A stretch of DNA of 32,000 nucleotides from Aquifex aeolicus VF5 (GCF_000008625.1 NC_000918.1:1110001-1142000), one strand, 5' to 3'. Counted from the first letter of the stretch, positions 9,108-18,346 are shown. The notes: generated by a model from the letters alone, not told the origin. Program-made: numbers and translations.

Positions 9108-9542
9108 ATGGACATAGGAGTAATGCCTAATGCAACAATCCTCGTTCAATTGTTCATCTTCGTAATATTCCTAATGATAATCACTAACATCTACGTAAAG
9201 CCCTACACCGCGGTGATAGAATCCAGAGAAGAACTCATTAAGAAGAACCTCTCTGAAGCACAAAAGTTAAGGGAAGAAACTCAAACCTACCTCACTCAGG
9301 CCAAAGAAGTTCTCGAAGATGCGAAGAAGAGGGCGGATCAAATAATTGAAAACGCAAGAAGGGAGGCGGAAGCTCAGGCGAGAAGCATAATCGAGCAGAC
9401 GGAAAAACAAACCGAAGAAGAGATTAAGAAAGCAGTGGAGGAAATCAGAACCTCCTTAGAAGAAGAGAAGAAGAAGCTCGAAAAGTCCGTAAAGGAAATA
9501 GCTCAGGAAATTGTAAAGAAAATTTTGAGAGAGGCGGCGTGA
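9108..9542 (+). CDS. F0F1 ATP synthase peripheral-stalk subunit b' (b-type paralogue, 144 aa)
   Basis: A single N-terminal TM segment (ILVQLFIFVIFLMIITNIYV) followed by a long E/K/A-rich helix. It lies immediately upstream of a second b-type gene and atpH. Confidence 0.75.
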   Translation: MDIGVMPNATILVQLFIFVIFLMIITNIYVKPYTAVIESREELIKKNLSEAQKLREETQTYLTQAKEVLEDAKKRADQIIENARREAEAQARSIIEQTEKQTEEEIKKAVEEIRTSLEEEKKKLEKSVKEIAQEIVKKILREAA

Positions 9543-10099
9543 TGGTGAGGTTGATAAGTTTCTTAACTCTGGCTTCTACTTTTGCTTACGCGGGTGAAGG
9601 ACATTTGGGACACTCCCCCGGAGCGCTGATCTGGAAAGGGCTCAACATACTCGCGTTCCTCGGAATAGTTTACTACTTTGGAAAAAAACCCATAAGCGAA
9701 GCCTTTAACAAGTTCTACAACTCAATAGTGGAGAGCCTCGTAAACGCAGAAAGAGAGTTCATGATGGCAAGGGAGGAACTTTCAAAAGCTAAAGAGGAAC
9801 TCGAAAATGCGAAGAAAAAGGCACAGGAATACGAGAAACTCGCAATAGAAACCGCGGAAACGGAAAAGAAAAAGATACTCCAGCACGCCCAGGAAGTTTC
9901 CGAAAGGATAAAGGAAAAGGCTAAGGAGACGATAGAGATTGAACTGAATAAAGCTAAGAAAGAACTCGCCCTTTACGGAATACAGAAGGCTGAAGAAATA
10001 GCAAAGGATCTTCTCCAAAAAGAATTCAAGAAGTCCAAAGTTCAGGAAAAGTACATAGAGGCTCAGTTAAAGCTCCTGGAGGAGAGGAAGAATGCTTAA
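9539..10099 (+). CDS. atpF: F0F1 ATP synthase peripheral-stalk subunit b (186 aa, with an extra N-terminal signal-like segment)
   Basis: A TM segment (LNILAFLGIVYYFG) plus a charged coiled-coil body (ELSKAKEELENAKKKAQEYE...). The start is GTG 9539 or ATG 9542 and overlaps the upstream stop. Confidence 0.75.
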   Translation: MMVRLISFLTLASTFAYAGEGHLGHSPGALIWKGLNILAFLGIVYYFGKKPISEAFNKFYNSIVESLVNAEREFMMAREELSKAKEELENAKKKAQEYEKLAIETAETEKKKILQHAQEVSERIKEKAKETIEIELNKAKKELALYGIQKAEEIAKDLLQKEFKKSKVQEKYIEAQLKLLEERKNA

Positions 10100-10637
10100 G
10101 AGGAAAGAACTCGCAAGGAAGGCTGTAAGGCTCATAGTAAAGAAGGTTCCAAAGGAAAAGGAAAGCATCTTAAAGGTTGACGAGTTCTTAGGAACCCTTT
10201 CCACAGCTTACAGGAAGGACAAACTCCTGAGAAACTTCTTCCTGTCGCCCCAAATAGACAGAAACGCAAAGGTAAAAGCCCTCGAGTCACTTGCGAAGAA
10301 GTACGACGTTCCGAAGGAAGTTCTCGAAGTTCTCGAGTACCTCATAGATATAAACGCCATGGCTCTTATTCCGGAGATAAAGAGACTATACGAATTAGAA
10401 CTCGAAAAGCTCATGGGAATGCTTAAAGGGGAACTCATACTTGCAAAGAAACCCAGTAAAAAACTCCTAGAAAAGATTACAAAGACCATAAACGATATCC
10501 TAAACAGACAGATAGAAATTGAAGTAAAGGAGGACCCTTCCCTTATAGGTGGTTTTGTCTTCAAGACGCAGGCTTTCGTTCTGGACACTTCTGTTAAAAC
10601 CCAGCTTGAAAAACTCGCAAGAGTTGGAGGTGTTTAA
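10092..10637 (+). CDS. atpH: F0F1 ATP synthase subunit delta (OSCP)
   Basis: 181 aa. The C-terminal IGGFVFKTQAFVLDTSVKTQLEKL matches the conserved IGG..x..D.S....L..L end of delta/OSCP. It follows the b subunits, overlapping atpF by 8 nt. Confidence 0.75.
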   Translation: MLKRKELARKAVRLIVKKVPKEKESILKVDEFLGTLSTAYRKDKLLRNFFLSPQIDRNAKVKALESLAKKYDVPKEVLEVLEYLIDINAMALIPEIKRLYELELEKLMGMLKGELILAKKPSKKLLEKITKTINDILNRQIEIEVKEDPSLIGGFVFKTQAFVLDTSVKTQLEKLARVGGV

Positions 10638-11066
10638 ATGGCCGTAGAGAGGACACTCATAATAGTGAAACCCGACGCTATGGAAAAGGGAGCTCTCGGC
10701 AAGATCCTGGACCGCTTCATTCAGGAGGGATTCCAGATAAAAGCTTTAAAGATGTTCAGGTTTACCCCCGAAAAGGCGGGAGAATTTTACTACGTCCACA
10801 GGGAAAGACCCTTCTTCCAGGAACTCGTTGAGTTCATGTCTTCTGGTCCCGTGGTTGCAGCTGTACTGGAAGGTGAAGACGCAATAAAGAGAGTAAGGGA
10901 AATAATAGGTCCTACGGACAGCGAAGAGGCGAGAAAGGTAGCTCCCAACTCCATAAGGGCTCAGTTCGGCACGGACAAGGGTAAAAACGCCATACACGCC
11001 TCAGACTCACCCGAGAGTGCACAGTACGAGATCTGTTTCATATTCTCCGGTCTTGAGATAGTATGA
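10638..11066 (+). CDS. ndk: Nucleoside diphosphate kinase
   Basis: ERTLIIVKPDA and NAIHASDS (catalytic His); 142 aa. The start codon directly abuts the atpH stop. Confidence 0.92.
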   Translation: MAVERTLIIVKPDAMEKGALGKILDRFIQEGFQIKALKMFRFTPEKAGEFYYVHRERPFFQELVEFMSSGPVVAAVLEGEDAIKRVREIIGPTDSEEARKVAPNSIRAQFGTDKGKNAIHASDSPESAQYEICFIFSGLEIV

Positions 11067-12186
11067 AGCTTTTTAACTTCAAAGGGGAAAGGGTATTCAC
11101 GCCAGGTCCAGTAGAGATACCCGACAGAATAAGGGAAGTTTTAGGCAGACAGATAATACACCACAGAACTAAGGAGTTTACGGAAGCCTTTTTAGAAACG
11201 AGGGAGCTCTTTAAAAGACTCGTTGATTGCACTTCCGAAAACTTTGTGTTTTTTGCATCCTCGGGCACGGGGGCTATGGAAGCTTCCGTTCAGAACTTCT
11301 TTAATCCCGGAGAGAAAGTTCTTGCCGTAGTAGGCGGAAAGTTCGGAGAAAGGTGGGCAGAGCTCGGAAGAACCTGGGGCCTTGAGGTAGTAGAACTTCA
11401 GGTAGAGTGGGGAAAGAGCGTAGACCCCGATCAGGTGGAAGATATCCTGAATAAAAATCCCGAGATAAAAGGTGTTCTGGTTCAGATGTCCGAAAGTTCC
11501 ACGGGAGCCTACCACGACGTAAAAACCCTTGCCAAGATAACAAAAGACAGGGATACACTCCTCGTAGTTGATGCGATAACGGCTCTCGGTGTGTACAATA
11601 TGAAGCCCCACGAATGGGGACTTGACGTAGTGGTGGGAGGTTCTCAAAAAGCTTTCATGCTTCCACCCGGGCTTTCAATGCTCTGTTCTCCGAAAAGGCG
11701 GAAAAAAGGCTAAACGACAGGGCTTATTACTTTTCCGTAAAGAAAGAAGTTGAAAAGCAAAGGGAGGGACAAACCGCTTACACTCCCGCAATAACCCTTA
11801 TCCTTGCCCTGAGGGAAGCCTTAGAAATGCTGCTGGAAGTGGGAATGGAAAACGTTGAGAAAAAGTACAGCGCGATGGCCAAAGGAACGAGAAAGGCACT
11901 CGAAAGTATAGGTTGCAGAGTTTTTCCCGAATATCCTGTAATCTCCTTGAGTACATTTCTTCCCCCCGAAGGCGTTGGAGCAGATGAACTCAGAAAAAAA
12001 CTCCTCTCCTTCGGTGTCAGAGTTGCGGGTGGACAGGGTAAGTTAAAAGGAAAAATTTTCAGGATTTCCCACATGGGTATGGATGTTCTGGATATGGTTC
12101 ACGCAATATCCGCTGTGGAACTCGCCCTCGGAAAGAGGGGAGCCGTAGATATTTACCTTGACACCGTTTCGGAAAAACTTTCATGA
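11063..12186 (+). pseudogene. Class-V PLP aminotransferase (serine-pyruvate/serine-glyoxylate/phosphoserine aminotransferase-like) interrupted by a 1-nt frameshift
   Basis: ORF 11063-11713 ends just after the PLP-Lys motif GGSQKAFMLPPGLSML. The adjacent frame, open from 11626, reads ...FSEKAEKRLNDRAYYFSVKKEVEKQREGQTAYTPAITLILALREALEML and continues into ORF 11827-12186 (...FRISHMG...). Confidence 0.7.
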
Positions 12187-12204
12187 TACTTTAAAATTTT
12201 CACT

Positions 12205-12519
12205 ATGAACGAGTTCAAGGCTTTCCTCGAAGTTGTAAGCAAATTCACGGATCTCAAGTGGGGAGATGTACGCGACGACCTGATTTCAAGGAGTATAAAA
12301 GTTCTGAGAAAGTACAGGGAAGGAAAAACACCTGAAGATCTAAAAAATTCTAAACTTATTTTAGGGATTGAAGATTTTTACGAAAAACTTTACGAAATTT
12401 ACAAGGAAAACCCACAAAGCATTGAAAAATTAACGGAGGCTCTAAGTTCCTTCATAAAAGCTCCCGTTCCCTGCAAACTGAAAATAATAAACATAGTAGA
12501 AACATTACTTAAGGAGTGA
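12205..12519 (+). CDS. Hypothetical protein (104 aa)
   Basis: The ORF has genome-typical K/E/L composition. Its 3' end overlaps the convergent fliI by 15 nt. No recognisable motif. Confidence 0.4.
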   Translation: MNEFKAFLEVVSKFTDLKWGDVRDDLISRSIKVLRKYREGKTPEDLKNSKLILGIEDFYEKLYEIYKENPQSIEKLTEALSSFIKAPVPCKLKIINIVETLLKE

Positions 12520-13782
12520 GTAAATTTCGTCAAGAGCCTTTAAGCTTTCTTCAAAATTCACCTTCTCTTCTGGTTTTTGTTTAAAAAAGCTTTCCACTTT
12601 TTCTAAGTTATTTATAACTTTGTCTACCAGAGGATTTGAACCGCCCTTGTAAAGTCCTATCCTCACAAGCTCCTCCACATCTTCAAACTTACTCAGAACT
12701 TCCTTAAAGAAGTTTGCCTTCATGAAGTGCTCTTCACTTACAAGCTTTGGCATTAGACGGGAAAGACTCCTTACTGGATCAACCGCCGGGAAAAGTCCCC
12801 TTACGGCTCTCTTTCTGGAAAGTATTATGTGACCGTCGAGGACTCCCATAAGCGAGTCGGCTATTGGATCTAAAGATATATCGTCTCCCTCTACCAGAAC
12901 TGTGAATATTCCCGTTATACTTCCCTTCTTGAAAGCTCCGCAACTTTCCGCTATCCTCGTGAGGAGCTGAAAAACAGAAGGAGTAAAGCCCTTCAGGGTA
13001 GGAGGTTCTCCCGCGGCAAGTCCTATTTCCCTCTGGGCTAAGGCGAGCCTTGTAATAGAGTCCATCAAAAGCAGAACGTCCTTCCCTTGAGATGCAAAGT
13101 GGTGGGCGTGAACAACAGCACTGATAGCCCCTTTTACCTTCAAAATAGGGGATTGATCCGCGGTAGAAACCACCACGACGCTCTTTTTTAAGCCCTCTTC
13201 TCCCAGAACCTCCTCTAAAAACTCCTTTACCTCCCTTCCTCTTTCTCCGATAAGGGCGAGGACCACAACGTCCGCTTTTGAGTGCCTCGTTATCATTCCG
13301 AGGAGCGTACTCTTTCCCACTCCTGCTCCTGCAAAAATCCCTATCTTCTGCCCTTTTCCTAAGGTAAACAGGGCGTTTACGCTCCTAACGCCCGTATCAA
13401 AAACTTCTCTAATCCTTTCCCTATATAACGGGTTTATCTGGGGCAGTTCTAAGCCCTTTTCCTCAACAAATCCTATAAAACCACCGTCCAGAGGATTTCC
13501 GAAGGGATCAACCACTTTTCCTACTACGCCGTTTCCCGTCTTGGTGGAAACGAGCTCGTTCTTAAGCAGGACTTTATCCCCTTTTCTGAGTCCAAAGACT
13601 GGTTCGTAGGGCATTACGAGGACTTTATCACCGCTAAAGCCTATTACTTCCCCCCTTATCCTCCTGCTGTTGCTCTGTATTTCCACTTCGTTTCCTATGT
13701 TCGCAAAGGGGAGTATGGCTTCCAGGTATATTCCTTTCGCGGAAACGATTTCTCCAGAAACTTTAAGCCCTCTTAAATACAT
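12505..13782 (-). CDS. fliI: Flagellum-specific (type III secretion) ATPase FliI
   Basis: Walker A GAGVGKSTLLGMI and Walker B DVLLLMDSITR, with F1-beta-like architecture. I favour ATG 13782 (SD-like AAGGTG/GGAG upstream); the track ORF extends to 13836. Confidence 0.88.
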   Translation of the reverse strand: MYLRGLKVSGEIVSAKGIYLEAILPFANIGNEVEIQSNSRRIRGEVIGFSGDKVLVMPYEPVFGLRKGDKVLLKNELVSTKTGNGVVGKVVDPFGNPLDGGFIGFVEEKGLELPQINPLYRERIREVFDTGVRSVNALFTLGKGQKIGIFAGAGVGKSTLLGMITRHSKADVVVLALIGERGREVKEFLEEVLGEEGLKKSVVVVSTADQSPILKVKGAISAVVHAHHFASQGKDVLLLMDSITRLALAQREIGLAAGEPPTLKGFTPSVFQLLTRIAESCGAFKKGSITGIFTVLVEGDDISLDPIADSLMGVLDGHIILSRKRAVRGLFPAVDPVRSLSRLMPKLVSEEHFMKANFFKEVLSKFEDVEELVRIGLYKGGSNPLVDKVINNLEKVESFFKQKPEEKVNFEESLKALDEIYSLLK

Positions 13783-14446
13783 CTCCGAACACCTTTTCAA
13801 ATACGATTTTTGCAAATTCCTTCGGATCCCTTTCAACGGTAAAATGTTCTCCCTTTATCCTAAAACTTCCCTTCTCAAGGTCTTTGTCCTCCAAAACTTG
13901 AAGGTTTATGCCCTCCGCTTTTAAGTTTTCCTTCAGGGATTTGAGTTCGTCGTTTAGATACCTGAGATCCTCCGGGTTTATGTAAAGCTTTAAGTTAGTT
14001 TTAAACTTTATAAGTTCGTCTATTATGTTCCTGAGGTCTTCCTTTAAAACTTTTACCTGAGGAACGTAGTAAGAAAACTCAAGAAGAAAAGTCTTTAGGA
14101 ACTCCTCTACCTTTTCCCTGTACTCTTCCTTCAAGTTTGATAGGTATTCTTCAATACTTTTCGAAAGACTTAAAGAAATACTCCCCTTTTCTGAAAGCTC
14201 GTTCAGTCTTTGTTCAAGTTCTTTTATCTTCTCCTCTCTGTTTTTTATTTCAAAATACATTTTTTGTTTTTCCTCTTCAAAGCTGTCCAATTTTTCTTCG
14301 TAAGACCTAATGGTTTCTAATAGCTTTTCCCTCTCTTCAAGTAATTCTTTTATTACCTTTGAGCAATCCTCTTCGTCCTTTTCTTTCTTCTGGTTTTCTT
14401 TTTTTAAGAAGTCCTCCCAGAGGGGTTTGAAATCCTCACCGCTCAC
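13763..14446 (-). CDS. fliH: Flagellar assembly protein FliH (FliI regulator), putative
   Basis: 227 aa, extremely E/K-rich coiled-coil protein placed immediately upstream of fliI and overlapping it. GTG start at 14446. The call rests on position and composition. Confidence 0.55.
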   Translation of the reverse strand: MSGEDFKPLWEDFLKKENQKKEKDEEDCSKVIKELLEEREKLLETIRSYEEKLDSFEEEKQKMYFEIKNREEKIKELEQRLNELSEKGSISLSLSKSIEEYLSNLKEEYREKVEEFLKTFLLEFSYYVPQVKVLKEDLRNIIDELIKFKTNLKLYINPEDLRYLNDELKSLKENLKAEGINLQVLEDKDLEKGSFRIKGEHFTVERDPKEFAKIVFEKVFGDVFKRA

Positions 14447-14465
14447 AAGTATAAATAATAAAGTT

Positions 14466-14672
14466 ATGTTTCAGTGTTTTCTATTCTTCTTAGCAGGTTT
14501 TGCATTCGGATTTCTCTTAGCTGTAGCCCTAATAGTGGGAATTACCTTAATTCCCTTCATACTCCTCGGAGTCCTTATCTTTATGGCGTACGCTTACTAC
14601 AAGTACAGAAAGGAACAAAAGCGAAGGGAAGAGATACTCAGAAGGTATTACGAGGACCTTTGGGAAGAATAA
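14466..14672 (+). CDS. Small membrane protein (68 aa)
   Basis: ATG 14466 within the track ORF 14310-14672. It has two hydrophobic segments (FLFFLAGFAFGFLLAVALIVGITLIPFILLGVLIFMAYAYY) and then a basic tail. Confidence 0.45.
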   Translation: MFQCFLFFLAGFAFGFLLAVALIVGITLIPFILLGVLIFMAYAYYKYRKEQKRREEILRRYYEDLWEE

Positions 14673-14682
14673 ACTAATTACT

Positions 14683-15633
14683 ATGAACTTCAAAAAGGGA
14701 GAGGTAATTCTCGCACCTATGGCCTCTTACACCCACTCCGCATTCAGGAGACTTTGCAGGAGACTGGGAGCGGATAGAACTTACACGGAACTTATAAGTG
14801 CGGTCGGTGTCCTCAGAAACGGAATTCCCATGAAGCTCGCTTACTTTACAGAAGAAGAAAGACCAATACATATTCAGGTTTTCGGAAGCAATCCGGAAGA
14901 AATAGCACAAGCAAGCGTTGTAATAGCGAAAGAATTAAAGCCCGACTTTATAGACATAAACTTCGGATGTTCTGTTCCCAAGGTTCTGAGAAACAAAGCT
15001 GCCGGTTACATGCTCCAGTGTCCACCTCTCATGGGAGAAGTGGTAAAGGAGACTGTAGAGGCGTTGAAGCCCTACGGTATTCCCGTTTCTGCAAAAATCA
15101 GACTTGGTTTTGAAAAGGACGAGGTGGAGAGGATAGTAGAGGAACTCCAGAAAGCGGGAGTCTCTTTAATAGCTATTCACGCGAGAACCGCAAAGCAGGG
15201 ATTTAGCGGGAAAGCCCTCTGGCACAGGATAAAGGAAGCCAAAAAGGTTGCAAGCGTACCCATAATAGGGAGTGGAGACGTAAAGAGCTGGAGGGATATC
15301 GAGAGAATGTTTGAAGAAACGGAGTGCGACGGTGTTATGGTGGGGCGTGCAGCCCTTTCAAACCCGTGGATATTTAAAGAGTTCAAAGAAAAAAGGGACA
15401 TAGAGGTAGGTCTAAAAGAGAGAATGGACTTTATCCTTGAAGAGCTTTCTATGATGACGGAGTATATGAGCAGGGAAAAAGCGTGTGCGGAAATAAAATC
15501 TCAAATAGTTCAAATACTCAAAGGTGTTCCCAATTCAAGGGAATTGAAGACCTACATAGTGCATGCGGAAAACTGCAAGGAACTTGTAAAAAGGATAGAG
15601 GAGGCGAAGGAGAGGGAATTACTTTATGCCTAA
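14683..15633 (+). CDS. dus: tRNA-dihydrouridine synthase (Dus/NifR3 family)
   Basis: APMASYTHSAFRRL, INFGCSVPKV (catalytic Cys) and IHARTAKQGFSG; 316 aa. Confidence 0.85.
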   Translation: MNFKKGEVILAPMASYTHSAFRRLCRRLGADRTYTELISAVGVLRNGIPMKLAYFTEEERPIHIQVFGSNPEEIAQASVVIAKELKPDFIDINFGCSVPKVLRNKAAGYMLQCPPLMGEVVKETVEALKPYGIPVSAKIRLGFEKDEVERIVEELQKAGVSLIAIHARTAKQGFSGKALWHRIKEAKKVASVPIIGSGDVKSWRDIERMFEETECDGVMVGRAALSNPWIFKEFKEKRDIEVGLKERMDFILEELSMMTEYMSREKACAEIKSQIVQILKGVPNSRELKTYIVHAENCKELVKRIEEAKERELLYA

Positions 15634-16095
15634 GGTAGTCTTGGGAGTTACGTAGTCTGCAAGTGCCGCTATACCACCTTTCAGAGCGTAAACGTTGTCA
15701 AAGCCCGCACTTCTGAGGGCAAAGGTTGCTGCTATTGCCCTTGCACCTGAGCGGCATATTACTATAACCTTTTTATCCCTCGGTATTTTCTTAAGATTTT
15801 CAGGTTTAAAGAGCTTGTCCATAGGGATGTGCAGGCTATTTTTGTAGGTAAGTCCCACGATGGATTGTTCCGCTTCCGTTCTTATGTCGAGGAGAACTAC
15901 GTCCTCACCTTTCTTTATCATTTCTACGACTTGCTTGGGTGTTACCCTGCAGGGAGACTTTGCGAGAGTTTCCTGAGTCATCTGGCTGAACATCTTGTCG
16001 TACTTCTTGATAAGAGCCTCGTCAACTCCGAAGGAAAGTCCTCCGAAGCTAACAACTGCAAGTGCAACTGCCAAGTACTTTTTCATCTTACCCAC
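15619..16095 (-). CDS. Exported rhodanese-domain sulfurtransferase
   Basis: A signal peptide (MKKYLAVALAVVSFGGLSFG) and the active-site loop CRSGARA. The strong SD AAGGAGGTGG lies upstream. Confidence 0.8.
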   Translation of the reverse strand: MGKMKKYLAVALAVVSFGGLSFGVDEALIKKYDKMFSQMTQETLAKSPCRVTPKQVVEMIKKGEDVVLLDIRTEAEQSIVGLTYKNSLHIPMDKLFKPENLKKIPRDKKVIVICRSGARAIAATFALRSAGFDNVYALKGGIAALADYVTPKTTLGIK

Positions 16096-16122
16096 CTCCT
16101 TTATAAAGATTTTCGAATATTA

Positions 16123-16887
16123 TTATACACTGATAATGTAAGTTAGAATTTGCTCCTTAAACACTATTCCGATAAAAGCTCCAAGGGAAAGGAAAGGCCC
16201 GAAAGGCAGGGCAAAGTTCATACTTTTGTGCCTGATTATCATGGGAAGAGCGTAAAGAAGTCCCAGAAAACTCCCTATAAAAAGGGCTGAAAACACTCCG
16301 TAAACTCCGCTCACAGAACCTATAAAGCCAAGGAGTATGACATCCCCGAAGCCCAGTCCTTCTATTTTCCTGAACTTCACGTAGTAAAGGTATATAACGA
16401 ATGGGATAAGTACTCCTACAACCGCTCCTATAATGCTCTCTTTTGGTGTTATATCTTGCCTGAACGGGGAAACAAGAATACCTAAAACCAGACCTCCTAT
16501 GTTTATCCCGGGCGGGAGTATGAAGTAGTACCAGTCTATTATGGACATAACGAGGAGTGCGGAAAAGAAGAAGTAGTAAACGACTCCGTCAACGGAAAGT
16601 CCCCACTTGTAATAGGAAAGCACCGCTAAAAAACCCGAAGCGAGCTCCACTAAAGGATAACGAGGAGGTATTTTTTCCCCGCAGTGTCTGCACCTTCCCT
16701 TTAAGATCACGTAAGAAATTAAAGGAATGTTGTCGTACCACTTTATAGGTGTTTTACACTCCGGACAGTGAGAAGAGGGAAAAACTATAGATATATTTCT
16801 CGGAAGTCTGTATATAAGGACGTTGTAAAAACTCCCCAGAATTAAGCCGAAAAGGAAAACAGCCAAGTAGGGCCAAAATTCCTTCAA
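16123..16887 (-). CDS. pilD: Prepilin (type IV leader) peptidase / N-methyltransferase, A24 family
   Basis: The four-Cys motif [30 protein letters not shown], multiple TM segments, and the catalytic-Asp motif [11 protein letters not shown]. Confidence 0.85.
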
Positions 16888-17750
16888 GCGGTTTGCACCT
16901 CTCCTCTTTTAAAGAGTTTTTGCATATCCAGAACAAATGCTGAAGCCACAAACACGGAGGAGTAAGTTCCCACTACAACGCCCACAACGAAGGCAAACAT
17001 TATGTTAGAAAGGGCGTATCCGCCGAGGATAAAGAGCGTTAACGCCGTTACCAGAGTGGTAAGAGAGGTCATTATAGTTCTGGAAAGGGTTTGGTTTATG
17101 GAAAGATCCATTATCTCTTCAAGGGTAAAGCCTTTCTTCTTTCTTAGGTTTTCCCTTATCCTGTCAAAAATAACGACTGTGTCGGCAACGGAATATCCTG
17201 CAACCACGAGAATTGCGGAAACTACTTCGAGGTTTACCTCACGCTGAGTAATGGAGTAAGCTCCGAGAACAGTGATAACGTCGTGGGCGAGGGCGAGGAT
17301 CGCGCCAAATCCCCAAACTGGTTGAAATCGCACTCCTAAGTAAAGGAGTATTCCTCCGAGGGCCGTGAGTATGGCAAACACCGCTTTTTTCTGAAGCTCT
17401 TCACTCACCACCCCACTTATTGTTTCCTTCCTGATTAACTCGTACTTTCCGAATTTCTTAAGAACATCCTCCAGTTTTTCTACAGGCTCTCCCGTCTTTA
17501 CTTTTATAACGAAAGTACCTTCCTTCGTTTCCTGAATTAAAAATCCCTTTATCCCCGCGGAAGAAATTGTTTTTCTGAGTTTACCTATGTCCACACTCTT
17601 TTCAAATTTAACTTCGTAAAGAGTTCCTCCCGTAAAGTCCAGACCTAAGTTAAGTCCACGAAAGAGAAGAGAAAGGAGACTTATTAAAATTAGGAGGGCG
17701 GAAACCCCGTAAGCTGCCTTCCTTAACCTTAAGAACTTTATTTGTTTCAC
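16884..17750 (-). CDS. secF: Protein translocase subunit SecF
   Basis: [18 protein letters not shown] and [10 protein letters not shown], with a six-TM layout; 288 aa. Confidence 0.9.
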
Positions 17751-18346
17751 AGGTACTTACACCCCGTAGAAAGGAGTCCGTAATTTCCACCTCTCTTTCT
17801 GTAGAGAATTTTGAGCTGCCCGTCTGCTATGTCCACGAAGGGTATGAAGTACGCGTGTGTTTCTTCAAGTTCCGCCTTTGCGTCTTCCACGCTCATGGGT
17901 TTATCAACAACGAGTTCTTCTTCCACTATTTCGGGCCTTTCTCTCTCTTCGGGAGCGAGTTCTGCCTCGTGTAGTTTTTCTTTAAACTTCCTCGCTTCCC
18001 TGATGTACTCATGTCTCCTTTCCTTGAGTTTTACGAGTTGTTTTTCAAGCTCGTCAAGGGCCTTGTCTATGGCTGTAAAAACGTCTGTATCCTCTTCCCA
18101 TGCGTGTATTGCTCCGTGGGGAACGTTCTTCAGATAAAGATGAAGGTCTACCCTGTAAAAGGTCGGGAGGCTATCACCTGCGTAGTCTTTCTGCCTTGAC
18201 CTCGTGGAGGATATAGCTACAACCGCTTCAACTTCGTCTTCTCCGACTTCCTTCAAATATCTCTTGAACCTGTTTAACTTACTTTCAATAACGGCTTTCA
18301 TCGCTTCACTTATGTTTACGTCAACGCCTCTGTACTCAATATTCAT
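17747..18346 (-). CDS. hpf: Ribosome hibernation-promoting factor, long form (HPF/RaiA family)
   Basis: The N-terminal [31 protein letters not shown] plus the C-terminal dimerisation domain KPMSVEDA...FIPFVD...[18 protein letters not shown] 18346 is preceded by the SD GGAGGAAAG; the track ORF is longer. Confidence 0.85.

Noticed and set aside
11192-11647. 151-aa and 85-aa minus-strand ORFs inside the aminotransferase gene; also 11778-12074
   Set aside because: They are antisense to sequence with clear class-V aminotransferase motifs and have no features of their own.
11702-11707. A6 run (gaaaaaagg) as a programmed -1/+1 frameshift site for the split aminotransferase
   Set aside because: The family-like sequence already switches frame upstream (about 11684-11690, FSEKAEK is in the second frame). 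The A-run therefore lies after the switch. A simple 1-nt indel explains the data.
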